NCBI GenBank assembly: GCA_965208575.1
Contig: CBDBOV010000004.1
Span: 256,001-320,000 of the forward strand
From: Spirochaetia bacterium
GTDB taxonomy: Bacteria; Spirochaetota; Spirochaetia; SZUA-6; Bin103
Length of the DNA: 64,000 bases
Reading direction: 5' to 3'
The position numbers and the translations under genes are program-made. This document shows positions 37,784 to 47,558 of the stretch, piece after piece. The notes under the pieces were generated by a model that did not search any database, was not told the DNA's origin, and worked only from the letters and a program-made list of their open reading frames with translations. Each line of letters starts with the position of its first letter. The first letter of the stretch is position 1.

Positions 37784-39284
37784 CCTTCTTCCAATAGTAG
37801 TGTCTGGTCGGGAGTGCCCCTTTGACCAGGGCAGCAAGCGCCGTGGGATCGTTTGCCGTGCCATGCAGATACCGATCGGGGCGGATGGCGACGGCGCGCG
37901 TTCCGAGTTGCGCGAGATACTCCGCGCCTCCGTCCAGTTCGCCGGCGGTCGAGACGTGGATCCCCTTCTTCGCGGCGTGCGCTCGGTGGTCCCAACCGGC
38001 CAGAAGCGAGTGGTCCGCAAGGAGGGAGGGTCCGTAACCCACCAGGTCGTCCGACCGGTTGCCGGCGGGAACGCGTAGCTGCCGGGAGAGGTGGCCCGCG
38101 GCGGGACAGCCGGCCTGCCACAGGCCGGGGCCGAGGCGGGGTGAGATGGTGTTCATCTTGTACGAACCATCCGGTTGCCGGAAGGCTGACTTCAGGGCAG
38201 CCTCGCTGTCCGACGCATTGACCAGCCGGCCGAGGGCGACCGCGCCTTCGATGAAGGCCCGGACGTGCGGGTGGCGTTCGCTCTGGTAGCTGTCGAGCAG
38301 GGCGTCGTTGTGCCCGCCGCGGATGCAGAGGGCGAGCTTCCAGGCCAGGTTCGCGGCATCGCGGATGCCGGCGCACATGCCCTGGCCCATGAATGGCGGG
38401 CTCTGGTGCGCGGCGTCGCCGGCGATCAGCAGCCGGCCCCGGCGCCAGCGGGACGAAATGACCGAGTGGAACGTATACACCGCCGCCCGCTCGACTTCGG
38501 CGTCGGAAGGTGTCAGCCAGCGAGCCAGGCGGTGCCAGATGTGCTCCGGCGCGAGCGCTTGGGCGTCCGGGAGGTCGCCGATGAAGATCTCCCAGCGGCG
38601 CCGCAGGCCCGGACCCCGGACGTAGGTCATCGGGGTGTGCGGATGGCAATACTGGATGGTGAAGTCGCCCAGTTCGGGCCGCTCGTAGCGCAGCAGCAGG
38701 TCGACTACCAGCCAGCGTTCGTGGAACCCCAGGTCTTCGGGCCGGTCCGTGATCCGCTCCCGGACCTGCGACCGCGCACCGTCGCAGCCGACCACGTAAC
38801 TCGCTGCCAGCGTGCCGTGCCGGTGACCCTCGCAGTATGCGACAGTTGCGCGATCCGCATCCTGGACGATCGACATCACTTCGGCTCCCAGAACGACCTC
38901 GACTTTGGTCATGCGGCGGAGCCGATCGCGCAGGATCGCCTCCAAGTCGGGCTGGTGGAAGCGGTAACTCGGATACCAGCCCTGCGGCCCGACCTGTTGC
39001 GGACGCGGCCAGTCGAGAATCAGCTTGCCGTCGGGATCGACAAAGCGCATGCCGGCATTGATGCGGGACACCGCGGCGACCCGGTCCGCGATGCCGATGG
39101 TCTGGAAGATGCGCATCACCTCGCCATCGAAGTGAACGGCACGGGGCAGATCGAGGATGGCCCGGTCCCGCTCCAGAACCGCAACCCGCAGACCGCACAG
39201 GCCCAGCAGGTTGGCAAGCGCGCCACCGGTTGGACCGAAGCCGACGACCGCGACGTCGTAGGGCCGTCGACGTTCGCGCGGCAT
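37764..39284 (-). CDS. MhpA-like FAD-dependent aromatic hydroxylase (3-(3-hydroxyphenyl)propionate hydroxylase family)
   Basis: 'GFGPTG', 'PRAVHFDGE', 'FHQPDLE', 'GCDGARS', 'GDAAHQSPPFMGQGMCAGIRDAANLAWKL'. Confidence 0.9.
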   Translation of the reverse strand: MPRERRRPYDVAVVGFGPTGGALANLLGLCGLRVAVLERDRAILDLPRAVHFDGEVMRIFQTIGIADRVAAVSRINAGMRFVDPDGKLILDWPRPQQVGPQGWYPSYRFHQPDLEAILRDRLRRMTKVEVVLGAEVMSIVQDADRATVAYCEGHRHGTLAASYVVGCDGARSQVRERITDRPEDLGFHERWLVVDLLLRYERPELGDFTIQYCHPHTPMTYVRGPGLRRRWEIFIGDLPDAQALAPEHIWHRLARWLTPSDAEVERAAVYTFHSVISSRWRRGRLLIAGDAAHQSPPFMGQGMCAGIRDAANLAWKLALCIRGGHNDALLDSYQSERHPHVRAFIEGAVALGRLVNASDSEAALKSAFRQPDGSYKMNTISPRLGPGLWQAGCPAAGHLSRQLRVPAGNRSDDLVGYGPSLLADHSLLAGWDHRAHAAKKGIHVSTAGELDGGAEYLAQLGTRAVAIRPDRYLHGTANDPTALAALVKGALPTRHYYWKKDGQNKV

Positions 39285-39292
39285 GCGCGTGG

Positions 39293-40270
39293 TCAGACCG
39301 GCCGGTTGCCGCTGAGCGCGCCCCACAGCCATGGGCAGTCGGTGGGCGGCGGCGCCTGCATGCCTTCTCTGGCCACGCCGAGCCGCAACTCGCGGTACGC
39401 CCGCTGCTGCTCGTCCGGCAGATGGGCGCGGTCGTGGCCCCAGAAGCTCGGTCCGTGCTCCATCACCTCGACCTGCCACGTGTCCGGCTCGATGATCCGC
39501 CCGCCCCACCCGGTCTCGACGAAGAAGCCGGATGGCGTGTGCGTGTAGAACGATGTCATCCAGTCGTTGGTGTGGCGGCCGAGCGTGTACGCGACCGTGC
39601 CTTCGGATTGCTGGGCAAGGTCGTAGCCCTGACCGACATCGTCGAGGTTCATGTACTCCACCATGAAGTGGTGGAAGCCGCTCTGCCCGGTGCCGAGCAG
39701 CGCAAAGCTGTGGTGCCGGCCGTTCACGTGGAAAAAGTAGAGCGGCGTGGGCTGAAGACCGTAGTCACTGAGGCGGAAGCCGAGCAGGTCGCGATAGAAC
39801 GGGAGCAGGGAGTCGATGTCTCCCGTATTCAGGACCGCGTGTCCCATGCCGAGGGGACCGGTCTTGAAGCCGGAGATGGGCCGGCCTGGATTGAAGGGAT
39901 CTTCGGTCCGCATCGGGCCGTGGAACAATTCGAGGCGATTGCCGGCCGGGTCGTACACAATTGCCAGGTCGGTGACGAACCGCCGGTCGGACAGGTTGCG
40001 GGTGCCGGGTTTGACGTCAACGCCGGCATCGGAGAGGCGTGCGCACAGCCGGTCCAGCGATGCGGCGTCCGCCACTTCCCAGCCCATGCAGGCCAGCGCG
40101 TCGCCGGGCTCCGCGGTCACGATCAGCCGCTGCTTGCGGTCATCCATGCGGAATGCCACCTGGCCGGCACCGCGATCGACCGCCTGCATGCCCAACTGGC
40201 TGCCGGCGTAGTACGACCAGTCGGGCAGGCGGTCGGTGCGAACGCCCAGGTAGCCAAGTGCCATGATCAT
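39293..40270 (-). CDS. Extradiol ring-cleavage dioxygenase (VOC; BphC/HsaC-like)
   Basis: 'LGYLG', 'GMGHAVL', 'RHHSFA', 'HHFMVE', 'LGRHTND...SFY...TPSGFFVETGW'. Confidence 0.93.
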   Translation of the reverse strand: MIMALGYLGVRTDRLPDWSYYAGSQLGMQAVDRGAGQVAFRMDDRKQRLIVTAEPGDALACMGWEVADAASLDRLCARLSDAGVDVKPGTRNLSDRRFVTDLAIVYDPAGNRLELFHGPMRTEDPFNPGRPISGFKTGPLGMGHAVLNTGDIDSLLPFYRDLLGFRLSDYGLQPTPLYFFHVNGRHHSFALLGTGQSGFHHFMVEYMNLDDVGQGYDLAQQSEGTVAYTLGRHTNDWMTSFYTHTPSGFFVETGWGGRIIEPDTWQVEVMEHGPSFWGHDRAHLPDEQQRAYRELRLGVAREGMQAPPPTDCPWLWGALSGNRPV

Positions 40271-40457
40271 GAAACCGAGCCTGCCTGTTGTACGGGCGCT
40301 TGTCCACCTGTCCGAGTGGCCGCCGTTGGCACAGGCATCATGCGGGTCGAAAATCGACGGTGGAGCGTTCCCGGAGTTGACGGGGCGGCCGTATGTTATG
40401 TTCGCCGTCGTGCGAATCTCCCGCGTCCAGGTATCCAACTCAAACACGGAGAAACAG

Positions 40458-41264
40458 ATGATTTCCCTCGCCGTCAATTCGGTTCTGTTCGATGCGTTCG
40501 ATTTCGCCACCGCCGCCCGTCATGTCGCCGCCGCCGGCTACGACGGCATCGAGATCGCGGCGATACCGGGGATGTGCGAGCACCTGGCGGTGGACCGCTG
40601 GCGCGAGCAGGCGGCGGACGTGCGCGCCACCCTGGCCGAGACCGGGCTGGCGCCGGTGTCGATGGAGACCGCCGACCGCGGCGGCGACCACTGCCTGCGC
40701 GCTTTTGAGGCGAGCGCGGAGCTGGGTATCCCGGTGGTTGCGGTAGGATCCGGCGGTACCAGCGGCGACCCTGACGACCTGCGCGAGCGTATCGCGCGGC
40801 TGGCCGAGCTTGCCGAGGCGGCAGCGCAGTTTGGCGTGACCGTGGTGTGCAAGGCGCACGTGGGCAGCGCGGTGTACGACACGCCGACCACCCTGGCCGC
40901 CATGGATGCCATCCCGTCGCCGGGGTTCGGCATCAACATGGACCCCAGCCACATCCACCGCGCCGGCGAGGTGCCCAAGGAGGCGCTACGGCAGGTCGTG
41001 TCGCGGGTGCGCCACAGCCACATCCGCGACTGCAAGGGGCGCCAGCAGGGCCCGGGAGCGCCGCCGCTGCAGGCGTGCGGGCGCGGCGACATCGACCTGT
41101 TCGGCTACTGCAAGGTGCTCACCGACGCCGGCTACGAGGGTGCCGCCAGCCTGGAGGTGATCGGCGCCGCCACGGCGGGGCTGAGCCTGGCGGAGGTGGC
41201 GATCATCGCCGCGGAGAGCTACGGCTATCTGAACGCCTGCCTCAAGCAACTCGGCGCACGCTAG
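40458..41264 (+). CDS. Sugar phosphate isomerase/epimerase (TIM barrel)
   Basis: 'GYDGIEI', 'MDPSH', 'HSHIRD', 'GRGDID', 'GYEG..SLE'. Confidence 0.88.
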   Translation: MISLAVNSVLFDAFDFATAARHVAAAGYDGIEIAAIPGMCEHLAVDRWREQAADVRATLAETGLAPVSMETADRGGDHCLRAFEASAELGIPVVAVGSGGTSGDPDDLRERIARLAELAEAAAQFGVTVVCKAHVGSAVYDTPTTLAAMDAIPSPGFGINMDPSHIHRAGEVPKEALRQVVSRVRHSHIRDCKGRQQGPGAPPLQACGRGDIDLFGYCKVLTDAGYEGAASLEVIGAATAGLSLAEVAIIAAESYGYLNACLKQLGAR

Positions 41265-41274
41265 CGTTTGCGGC

Positions 41275-42306
41275 ATGGAAGCGCACGCGAGCGGCCGCAA
41301 AGGGCCTGCCCCGGCTGCCACCGTCGAATTGAGCCCCGGCATCAAGCTGTGCATGCTCATTCCGCCGCGGCCCGGCGACGACATCCTGCGCTTCGCCAAC
41401 GAGTTCGGCATAACCCACGTCTACACCTGGGTTCCGGACGAGTTGAGCGGCGCGGCGGAGCTGACGGCGCTGCGCCGGCGGGTGGAGAGCGCCGGCCTGA
41501 CCCTGTTCAACGCCGGCCACCTCACCCTGGCCAAGTGCGACAAGATCCACCTGGCGCTGCCCGGGCGCGACGAGGCGATCGACCGGTTCGCGGCGTACCT
41601 GCGCAACCTGAGCGCCGCCGGAATCCATACCACTACCTTCACCTTCGAGCCGGACGGCGTATGGAGCACCGCGCCGGCGGCGGCGCGTGGTGGCGCTCCC
41701 GCGCGTGCGGTGGACGGCGCCGAGTTGGCCGGACAGCCGTACAGCCATGGCCGCACGTATGACGAGGAGACGATCTGGGACAACTTCGCCTACCTCATGG
41801 AGCGGATCATCCCGGTGGCGGAACAGACCGGCGTGCGGCTGGCGCTGCACCCCAACGATCCGCCGCTGCCGGAGGTCGCCGGCATTCCCTGCATCATCCG
41901 CTCCGGGGCGAGCTACGAGCGGGCGTTCGCGATCGCCGATTCCGCCCAACTGGGGATGGTGTTCTGCACCGGCTGCTGGCTGGAGGGTGGCGCCGTCTTC
42001 GGCGACATCGAGGCCGCGATCACGGACTTCCTGGCCCGTGACAAGATCTTCATCGTCCACTTCCGCAACGTGAACGCGCCGCTGCCGCGCTTCCACGAGA
42101 CGTTCGTGGACGAGGGTTACCAGGACATGAACGTCCTGATGCGGCTGTTCCACGACGGTGGCTACCACGGCACCATGATTCTCGATCATACCCCGCCGAT
42201 GGCGACCGACCCGACCGACACGATGGCCCTGCCCACCGACAAGCCGGTGGCGACCGCCTACGCGCTCGGCTACATGAAGGCGCTGCTGGCCGCGGCCGGC
42301 GGCTGA
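41275..42306 (+). CDS. Mannonate dehydratase (UxuA) family protein
   Basis: 'IWDNFAYLMERIIPVAE', 'ALHPNDPP', 'FCTG', 'VHFRN', 'DHTP', 'YALGYMKAL'. Confidence 0.85.
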   Translation: MEAHASGRKGPAPAATVELSPGIKLCMLIPPRPGDDILRFANEFGITHVYTWVPDELSGAAELTALRRRVESAGLTLFNAGHLTLAKCDKIHLALPGRDEAIDRFAAYLRNLSAAGIHTTTFTFEPDGVWSTAPAAARGGAPARAVDGAELAGQPYSHGRTYDEETIWDNFAYLMERIIPVAEQTGVRLALHPNDPPLPEVAGIPCIIRSGASYERAFAIADSAQLGMVFCTGCWLEGGAVFGDIEAAITDFLARDKIFIVHFRNVNAPLPRFHETFVDEGYQDMNVLMRLFHDGGYHGTMILDHTPPMATDPTDTMALPTDKPVATAYALGYMKALLAAAGG

Positions 42307-42336
42307 GCGGCGAACACGACAGGATCGGGAGGCGAG

Positions 42337-43395
42337 ATGAAGCTGCTGGTACTGCCCGGCGACGGGGTAGGTCCCGAGATCACCGAGGCCGCGGTGGCGG
42401 TGCTGGCTGCGGTCGCCGGCCGCGGTCCGCTGGACGTGGAACGGGAGACGGCGCAGATCGGCTTGGCCGCGCACGCGGCGCACGGCACCACCCTGCCGGA
42501 GGGGACCCTGGAGCGGGCGCGCGCGGCCGACGGCGTGATTCTCGGCCCGATCGACCACATGCGCTACCCCGCGCGCGATCAGGGCGGCGTCAACGTCTCC
42601 GCCACGCTGCGCACCGGCCTCGACCTGTACGCCAACATCCGCCCGGCACGCACCCGGCCCGGGCTCAGCGGTCCGGTCGGCGACTTCGACCTGGTGATCG
42701 TGCGCGAGAATACGGAGGGCTTCTACCCCGACCGCAACATGTACGCCGGCAGCGGCGAGTTCATGCCGGACGCGGACACCGCGCTGTCGGTGCGCAAGAT
42801 CAGCGCCGCCGCCTGCCGCCGCATCGCGCGCCGTTCGTTCGCCCTTGCGCGCCGCCGGCGGTGCAAGGTGACGGCGATCCACAAGGCCAACAACTTCATC
42901 CTCAGCGACGGCCTGTTTCTGCGCGAGGTGCGCGCGGTGGCAAGCGACTATCCCGACGTGGAGCTTGACGAGGTGCTGGTGGATGCCGCGGCGGCGCTCC
43001 TGGTACGCGAACCGGCGCGCTTTGACGTGCTGTGCACCACCAACTTTCACGGCGACATCCTCTCCGACCTGGCCTCGGAACTGTCGGGGAGCCTCGGGCT
43101 GGCGGGCTCGCTGAACGCCGGCGACCACCATGCCTGTGCGCAGACCCAGCACGGCTCAGCCCCCGACATCGCCAGCCGGGACCGGGTCAACCCGACCGCC
43201 ATGCTGCTGTCGGTGGCCATGCTCCTGGAGTGGCTGGCCGAGCGGCATGAGCGATCCGACCTGGCTGGTGCAGCGGCCCGCATTGCCGCCGCGCTGGACC
43301 GCACGCTGGCCAACCCGGCCACGCGCACCGCCGACCTGGGCGGCTCCCTCGGCACCCGCGCCTTCACCGCCGCGGTGATCGCGGCCCTGGACTGA
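42337..43395 (+). CDS. Isocitrate/isopropylmalate dehydrogenase family protein
   Basis: 'PGDGVGPEI', 'VRENTEGFY', 'HKAN', 'GDILSD', 'HGSAPDIA'. Confidence 0.93.
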   Translation: MKLLVLPGDGVGPEITEAAVAVLAAVAGRGPLDVERETAQIGLAAHAAHGTTLPEGTLERARAADGVILGPIDHMRYPARDQGGVNVSATLRTGLDLYANIRPARTRPGLSGPVGDFDLVIVRENTEGFYPDRNMYAGSGEFMPDADTALSVRKISAAACRRIARRSFALARRRRCKVTAIHKANNFILSDGLFLREVRAVASDYPDVELDEVLVDAAAALLVREPARFDVLCTTNFHGDILSDLASELSGSLGLAGSLNAGDHHACAQTQHGSAPDIASRDRVNPTAMLLSVAMLLEWLAERHERSDLAGAAARIAAALDRTLANPATRTADLGGSLGTRAFTAAVIAALD

Positions 43396-43411
43396 AGGCA
43401 GGTAGACAGCC

Positions 43412-44629
43412 ATGAACGAATCGAGAGGTTCCGCTCCGCAGGCCAAGTGGAAACCACTGCTGCAGAGCATGGTGGACGAACTGGCTGCATCGGGGGTGTT
43501 GCGGTCGCCGACGATTCGCAGATCGTTCCTCAAGGTACCGAGACACCTGTTCGTCGATGAGTCTTCGTTGGAGGATATCTACTCCGACGCCCCGATCGTG
43601 ACCAGGACCGACGTGGAGGGCAGACCGGTCAGCTCATGCTCGATGCCGAGTCTGGTTGCCAGCATGCTCGAGGATCTCGACTTGAGCCCAGGGCTGCGGG
43701 TGATGGAGATTGGCGCCGGAACCGGTTACAACGCGGCACTCCTCGGTCACGTCGTCGGCGCTTCCGGGCGCGTCGTGAGCATCGACATCGACTCCGAAGT
43801 AGCCGCCGCGGCGCGCCACCACGTACGCCGCACGGGGCTTGCCAACGTGCGCGTGGTCGCCGCCGACGGCGCCCACGGGTTCCCGTCCGAAGCACCGTAT
43901 GACCGCATTACCGTCACGGTGGGCGTGCGTGAGCCGTTTCCCGCCTGGGTCGCGCAGCTCTCCGAAGGAGGCCTGTTGCAGACGCCGATCTGGATTCGCG
44001 GCCAGCAGCTCGTCGCCACCTTCCGGAAGGCCGGCGATCAACTCAGGTCCGTTTCGCTGACGTACGGTGGGTTCATGCGCCTGCGCGGCAGCAGCCGAAC
44101 GGGAGAGGGCTACGTGCAGTGCGCTGGTTGGACGCTATGTCACGAGCAGCCGGACACGGTCGATCAGCTTCGCCTGGCTCCCGCCCTCATCGAAGCGGCG
44201 CGCAACGCGAGACAGGTACGCCGGAGCAAGCGCGATCTCGGAGTTCCCTTCAGGCTGTACCTTGCGATGCGCGACGCGCGCTTTGCCGTGGCCGAGCGCT
44301 GCGACGAGAGTGGACGGGTCGATTCCCAGGCACTGGGCTACGTGGATTGGGATTCGTGCTCGCTCGTGCTGCTGGCTACGAAGCGCGGCTCGGACGACGT
44401 GGAACTGCTGACCCATGGGTCAACGTCGCTGGTCGAGGAGTTGCTGTCGCATCTCGACGAGTGGGATGCCATGGGCCGCGTCGCGTTGTCGGACTGCCGC
44501 ATCACCATGGAAGAGGCTTCCTCGGGAGCGGCGCGCCAAGGCCACGGCTTGCGGCCCGGCACGGTGGCCGGGAACGCGTACGACATCTTGATACGGTTTC
44601 CCCGCACGAACGGGATCGGGTTACCCTGA
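43412..44629 (+). CDS. Long-form protein-L-isoaspartate O-methyltransferase (FxLD/RiPP-associated type)
   Basis: 'VPRHLF', 'SSCSMPSLVASML', 'EIGAGTGYNAALL', 'APYDRI', 'GFMRLRG' plus ~180-aa C-terminal extension. Confidence 0.8.
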   Translation: MNESRGSAPQAKWKPLLQSMVDELAASGVLRSPTIRRSFLKVPRHLFVDESSLEDIYSDAPIVTRTDVEGRPVSSCSMPSLVASMLEDLDLSPGLRVMEIGAGTGYNAALLGHVVGASGRVVSIDIDSEVAAAARHHVRRTGLANVRVVAADGAHGFPSEAPYDRITVTVGVREPFPAWVAQLSEGGLLQTPIWIRGQQLVATFRKAGDQLRSVSLTYGGFMRLRGSSRTGEGYVQCAGWTLCHEQPDTVDQLRLAPALIEAARNARQVRRSKRDLGVPFRLYLAMRDARFAVAERCDESGRVDSQALGYVDWDSCSLVLLATKRGSDDVELLTHGSTSLVEELLSHLDEWDAMGRVALSDCRITMEEASSGAARQGHGLRPGTVAGNAYDILIRFPRTNGIGLP

Positions 44630-44631
44630 CG

Positions 44632-46098
44632 ATGGCAGATCGGCCTATCACCTACTATCGGGAGAAGTTTCGGCCGCAGTACCATTTCTCGCCGGAGCGG
44701 AACTTCATCAACGATCCGTGCGGACTGGTGTACTTCGACGGTGAGTACCACCTGTTCTACCAGCACAACCCGTTCGACCTCGACCAGGATCCCAACCTGC
44801 TGTACTGGGGTCACGCGACCAGTACCGACCTGCTGCACTGGCGCCACATGCCGCTGCAACTGGGGCCGGACGACCTGGGCGGCATCTCGACCGGGTGCGG
44901 CGTCGTGGACTGGCACGACACGTCAGGACTGTTCGGCGGCCGGCCGGGACTGGTGCTGATCTACGTGTACGTGCGCTACGACGTGTGGGAAGCACCGGCC
45001 CTGGCGTACAGCAGCGACCGGGGGCGCACGTGGCACAAGCTGCACGACCAGAACCCGCTGCTCGACCCCGGCGAGCCGGGCCAGCTCAAGGACGCCAAGG
45101 TGTTCTGGCACAAGGCGACCGGACGCTGGGTGATGGTGCTGACTAGCGACCAGCTGTGCCTGTACTCCTCGCCCAACCTGCTGGACTGGCAGTTCGAGAG
45201 CGTCGTCGAAGGAGTGCGCAGCGAATGTCCCGATCTGTTCGAGCTGTCGGTCGACGGTGACGCAAAACGGTCAAAGTGGGTGCTCACTCTAGCGGGAAGA
45301 TGCTATCACCTCGGTTCGTTCGACGGCCGTATCTTCACGCCGGAGACGGTAGCGGTCCCGATGAACTTCGGTCCCGATGCTTACGCTTCCCAGACCTGGA
45401 GCGACGCGCCCGGCGGGCGCCGGATCATGATCGACTGGATGATGGCATGGCGTTACGCCCGGCGCCTCGACATCATTCCCACGCGCCCCTGGAACGGCTC
45501 GATGTCGCTGCCGCGCGAGCTGACGCTGCGCAGCACCACGGCCGGCGTGCGGCTGTTTCAGAACCCGATCGCCGAGCTGGCGGTACTGCGCGAGCGAAGC
45601 TGCCTGCACGAGGGGATCACAGTCCGGGACGGGATACCATTCGTGCCCGATCTGGCCGGGACGTGCGTCGAGATTGAGGCCGAGTTTCTCCTCGGCACCG
45701 CCACCCACTTCGGCCTTGAGGTGATGGCCAGCGAGCGCACCATCTACGTATTTGCGCATCGCAGTCATCGCATCGCCGGCGAGCGCACGCGGATTACCTT
45801 CAACGTGGGGGCGGCGGAACTGGCGGTCGACCGGCGCACCGCCGGCACCGTGTACGACGATGAGTTCGCTCAGGAATACAGGGCGCCGCTGGCGCCGTCC
45901 GGCGGCCGCATCGTTTTGCACGTACTGACCGACTGGTCGTCGGTGGAGACCATTGCGAACGGCGGCGAAGTGGTCATCTCGACGTTGGTCTTCCCCACCC
46001 CGTTCGGCGGCGGCATCCGCGTCTTCGCCCGCGGCGGCGCGGTAACCCTGGAGCGGATAGGCGTGCATCGGCTCGGTTCGGTCTGGGACCAGGCATAA
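44632..46098 (+). CDS. Glycoside hydrolase family 32 (levanase/fructosidase-like)
   Basis: 'RPQYHF', 'INDPCG', 'WGHATS', 'ECPDLF', 'YASQTW'. Confidence 0.93.
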   Translation: MADRPITYYREKFRPQYHFSPERNFINDPCGLVYFDGEYHLFYQHNPFDLDQDPNLLYWGHATSTDLLHWRHMPLQLGPDDLGGISTGCGVVDWHDTSGLFGGRPGLVLIYVYVRYDVWEAPALAYSSDRGRTWHKLHDQNPLLDPGEPGQLKDAKVFWHKATGRWVMVLTSDQLCLYSSPNLLDWQFESVVEGVRSECPDLFELSVDGDAKRSKWVLTLAGRCYHLGSFDGRIFTPETVAVPMNFGPDAYASQTWSDAPGGRRIMIDWMMAWRYARRLDIIPTRPWNGSMSLPRELTLRSTTAGVRLFQNPIAELAVLRERSCLHEGITVRDGIPFVPDLAGTCVEIEAEFLLGTATHFGLEVMASERTIYVFAHRSHRIAGERTRITFNVGAAELAVDRRTAGTVYDDEFAQEYRAPLAPSGGRIVLHVLTDWSSVETIANGGEVVISTLVFPTPFGGGIRVFARGGAVTLERIGVHRLGSVWDQA

Positions 46099-46122
46099 CG
46101 CGACCACACGGGATCGGCACCG

Positions 46123-47436
46123 ATGACCAATCTGCGCAGCGCGCTGCACCAGTTTCACGGCGACGTGTACCGGCACCTGGTCGCCTCCACCCTGGTGGGA
46201 TTCAGCTACTTCGGGTTCGTGACGGTGCTGCTCAACCTGTACTTGTTGCGCCTGGGTTACGGCACCGACTTCATCGGGCTGGTGAACGGCAGCACGGCCA
46301 TCGCGTTTGCCGCCTCTTCGCTGCCGGCCGGTGCGTTCGGCAGCCGCTTCGGCATGCGGCGCGCGGTGGTCGGAGGGATGGGGTTTCTGGCCGCCGGTGT
46401 GATGCTGGTGCCGATCGTGGCGCTGCTGCCGGCAGGTGGCACGCGCGACACCGCCATCATCGCCATGCGGCTGCTGTCCGGGATCGGGTTCTCCCTCTAC
46501 ATGGTAAACTCCTACCCGTACCTGGTGGCGGCGACCGACGCCCGTGACCGTCCCTACGCGTTCGCCCTGATGGCCGCGATACCGCCGGTGGCCGGCTTTG
46601 CCGGGAGCATCATCTCGGGAGCCTTGCCCGGATGGATCGCGAACGGCTTGCGGCTGGACAGCGCGGATCCGCTGCCGTTCGCTCTCATCCTGGTATTTGC
46701 CGGGGTGATCCTGGTGCCCAACCTGTGGATTGTGGCACGCACGCGCGACCTGGACCCGCCGAAGCGGCGCCGCAACGGCAACGCGCGGCGCCGCACCGCC
46801 CGCGAGGTGCGCAGCGCCGATGGCGCGTTCTTTCTCCTGGTGTTCTTCCTGGGCATTACCGCGCTGCTGCGCATGGCGGGCGAGAGTGCCGCCCGGTCGT
46901 TTTTCAACGTCTACCTGGAACTGGATCTGGGTGCATCGACGTCCCGCATCGGCCTGCTGCTGGCGTTCGGGCAACTCGCGGCGGGTCCGGCGGCACTGTG
47001 CGCCCCGGCGATGGCGGCGCGCGCGGGCAAGGTGCCGGTCATTGTCGTCACCACCGCGATCACCGCGGCCAGCCTGGTGATCATGGCGCTGGTGCCGCAT
47101 TGGTTGGCGGCGGGCATCGGCTTTACCCTGGTGGTCGGCATGCGCTCGGTCACCCAGTCGGTTACCAGCCTGGTACACATGGAGATCGTGCCGGCAAGCC
47201 GGCGCGGGCTTACCTCGGGGGTGACGTCGATGTCGATGGGGTTGGGGTTTTCGTCGATGGCGCTCGGCGGCGGCTACCTGATCCCGGCACTGGGATTCCC
47301 CGGTCTCTACCTGATCGGCGCGCTCATTACCGCGCTGAGCGCACTGATCTTCTGGCTGTACTTCCGCGTACCGCAGGGCGAGTACCGGCTGACCGCCGAA
47401 CGGCCGGCCGCCGCCGTTCCGGCGCAGCGGTCGTGA
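46123..47436 (+). CDS. MFS transporter
   Basis: About 12 TM; 'SLPAGAFGSRFGMRR' motif A variant. Confidence 0.9.
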   Translation: MTNLRSALHQFHGDVYRHLVASTLVGFSYFGFVTVLLNLYLLRLGYGTDFIGLVNGSTAIAFAASSLPAGAFGSRFGMRRAVVGGMGFLAAGVMLVPIVALLPAGGTRDTAIIAMRLLSGIGFSLYMVNSYPYLVAATDARDRPYAFALMAAIPPVAGFAGSIISGALPGWIANGLRLDSADPLPFALILVFAGVILVPNLWIVARTRDLDPPKRRRNGNARRRTAREVRSADGAFFLLVFFLGITALLRMAGESAARSFFNVYLELDLGASTSRIGLLLAFGQLAAGPAALCAPAMAARAGKVPVIVVTTAITAASLVIMALVPHWLAAGIGFTLVVGMRSVTQSVTSLVHMEIVPASRRGLTSGVTSMSMGLGFSSMALGGGYLIPALGFPGLYLIGALITALSALIFWLYFRVPQGEYRLTAERPAAAVPAQRS

Positions 47437-47558
47437 GCCATGGCAGTCCGCAGACGAACACCGGCTGCATTCGAGCGGCGCGCCGCCGGGTCCCGTCACG
47501 GGCCGCCCGATGCTGACCGCCGCACGGTAGCAGCCGCCAGGCCGGAGTCGAGCAAACC

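Noticed and set aside
44119-44631. Long N-terminal extension of the GH32 overlapping the methyltransferase
   Set aside because: Arg/Gly-rich off-frame read-through; ATG 44632 follows the upstream stop directly
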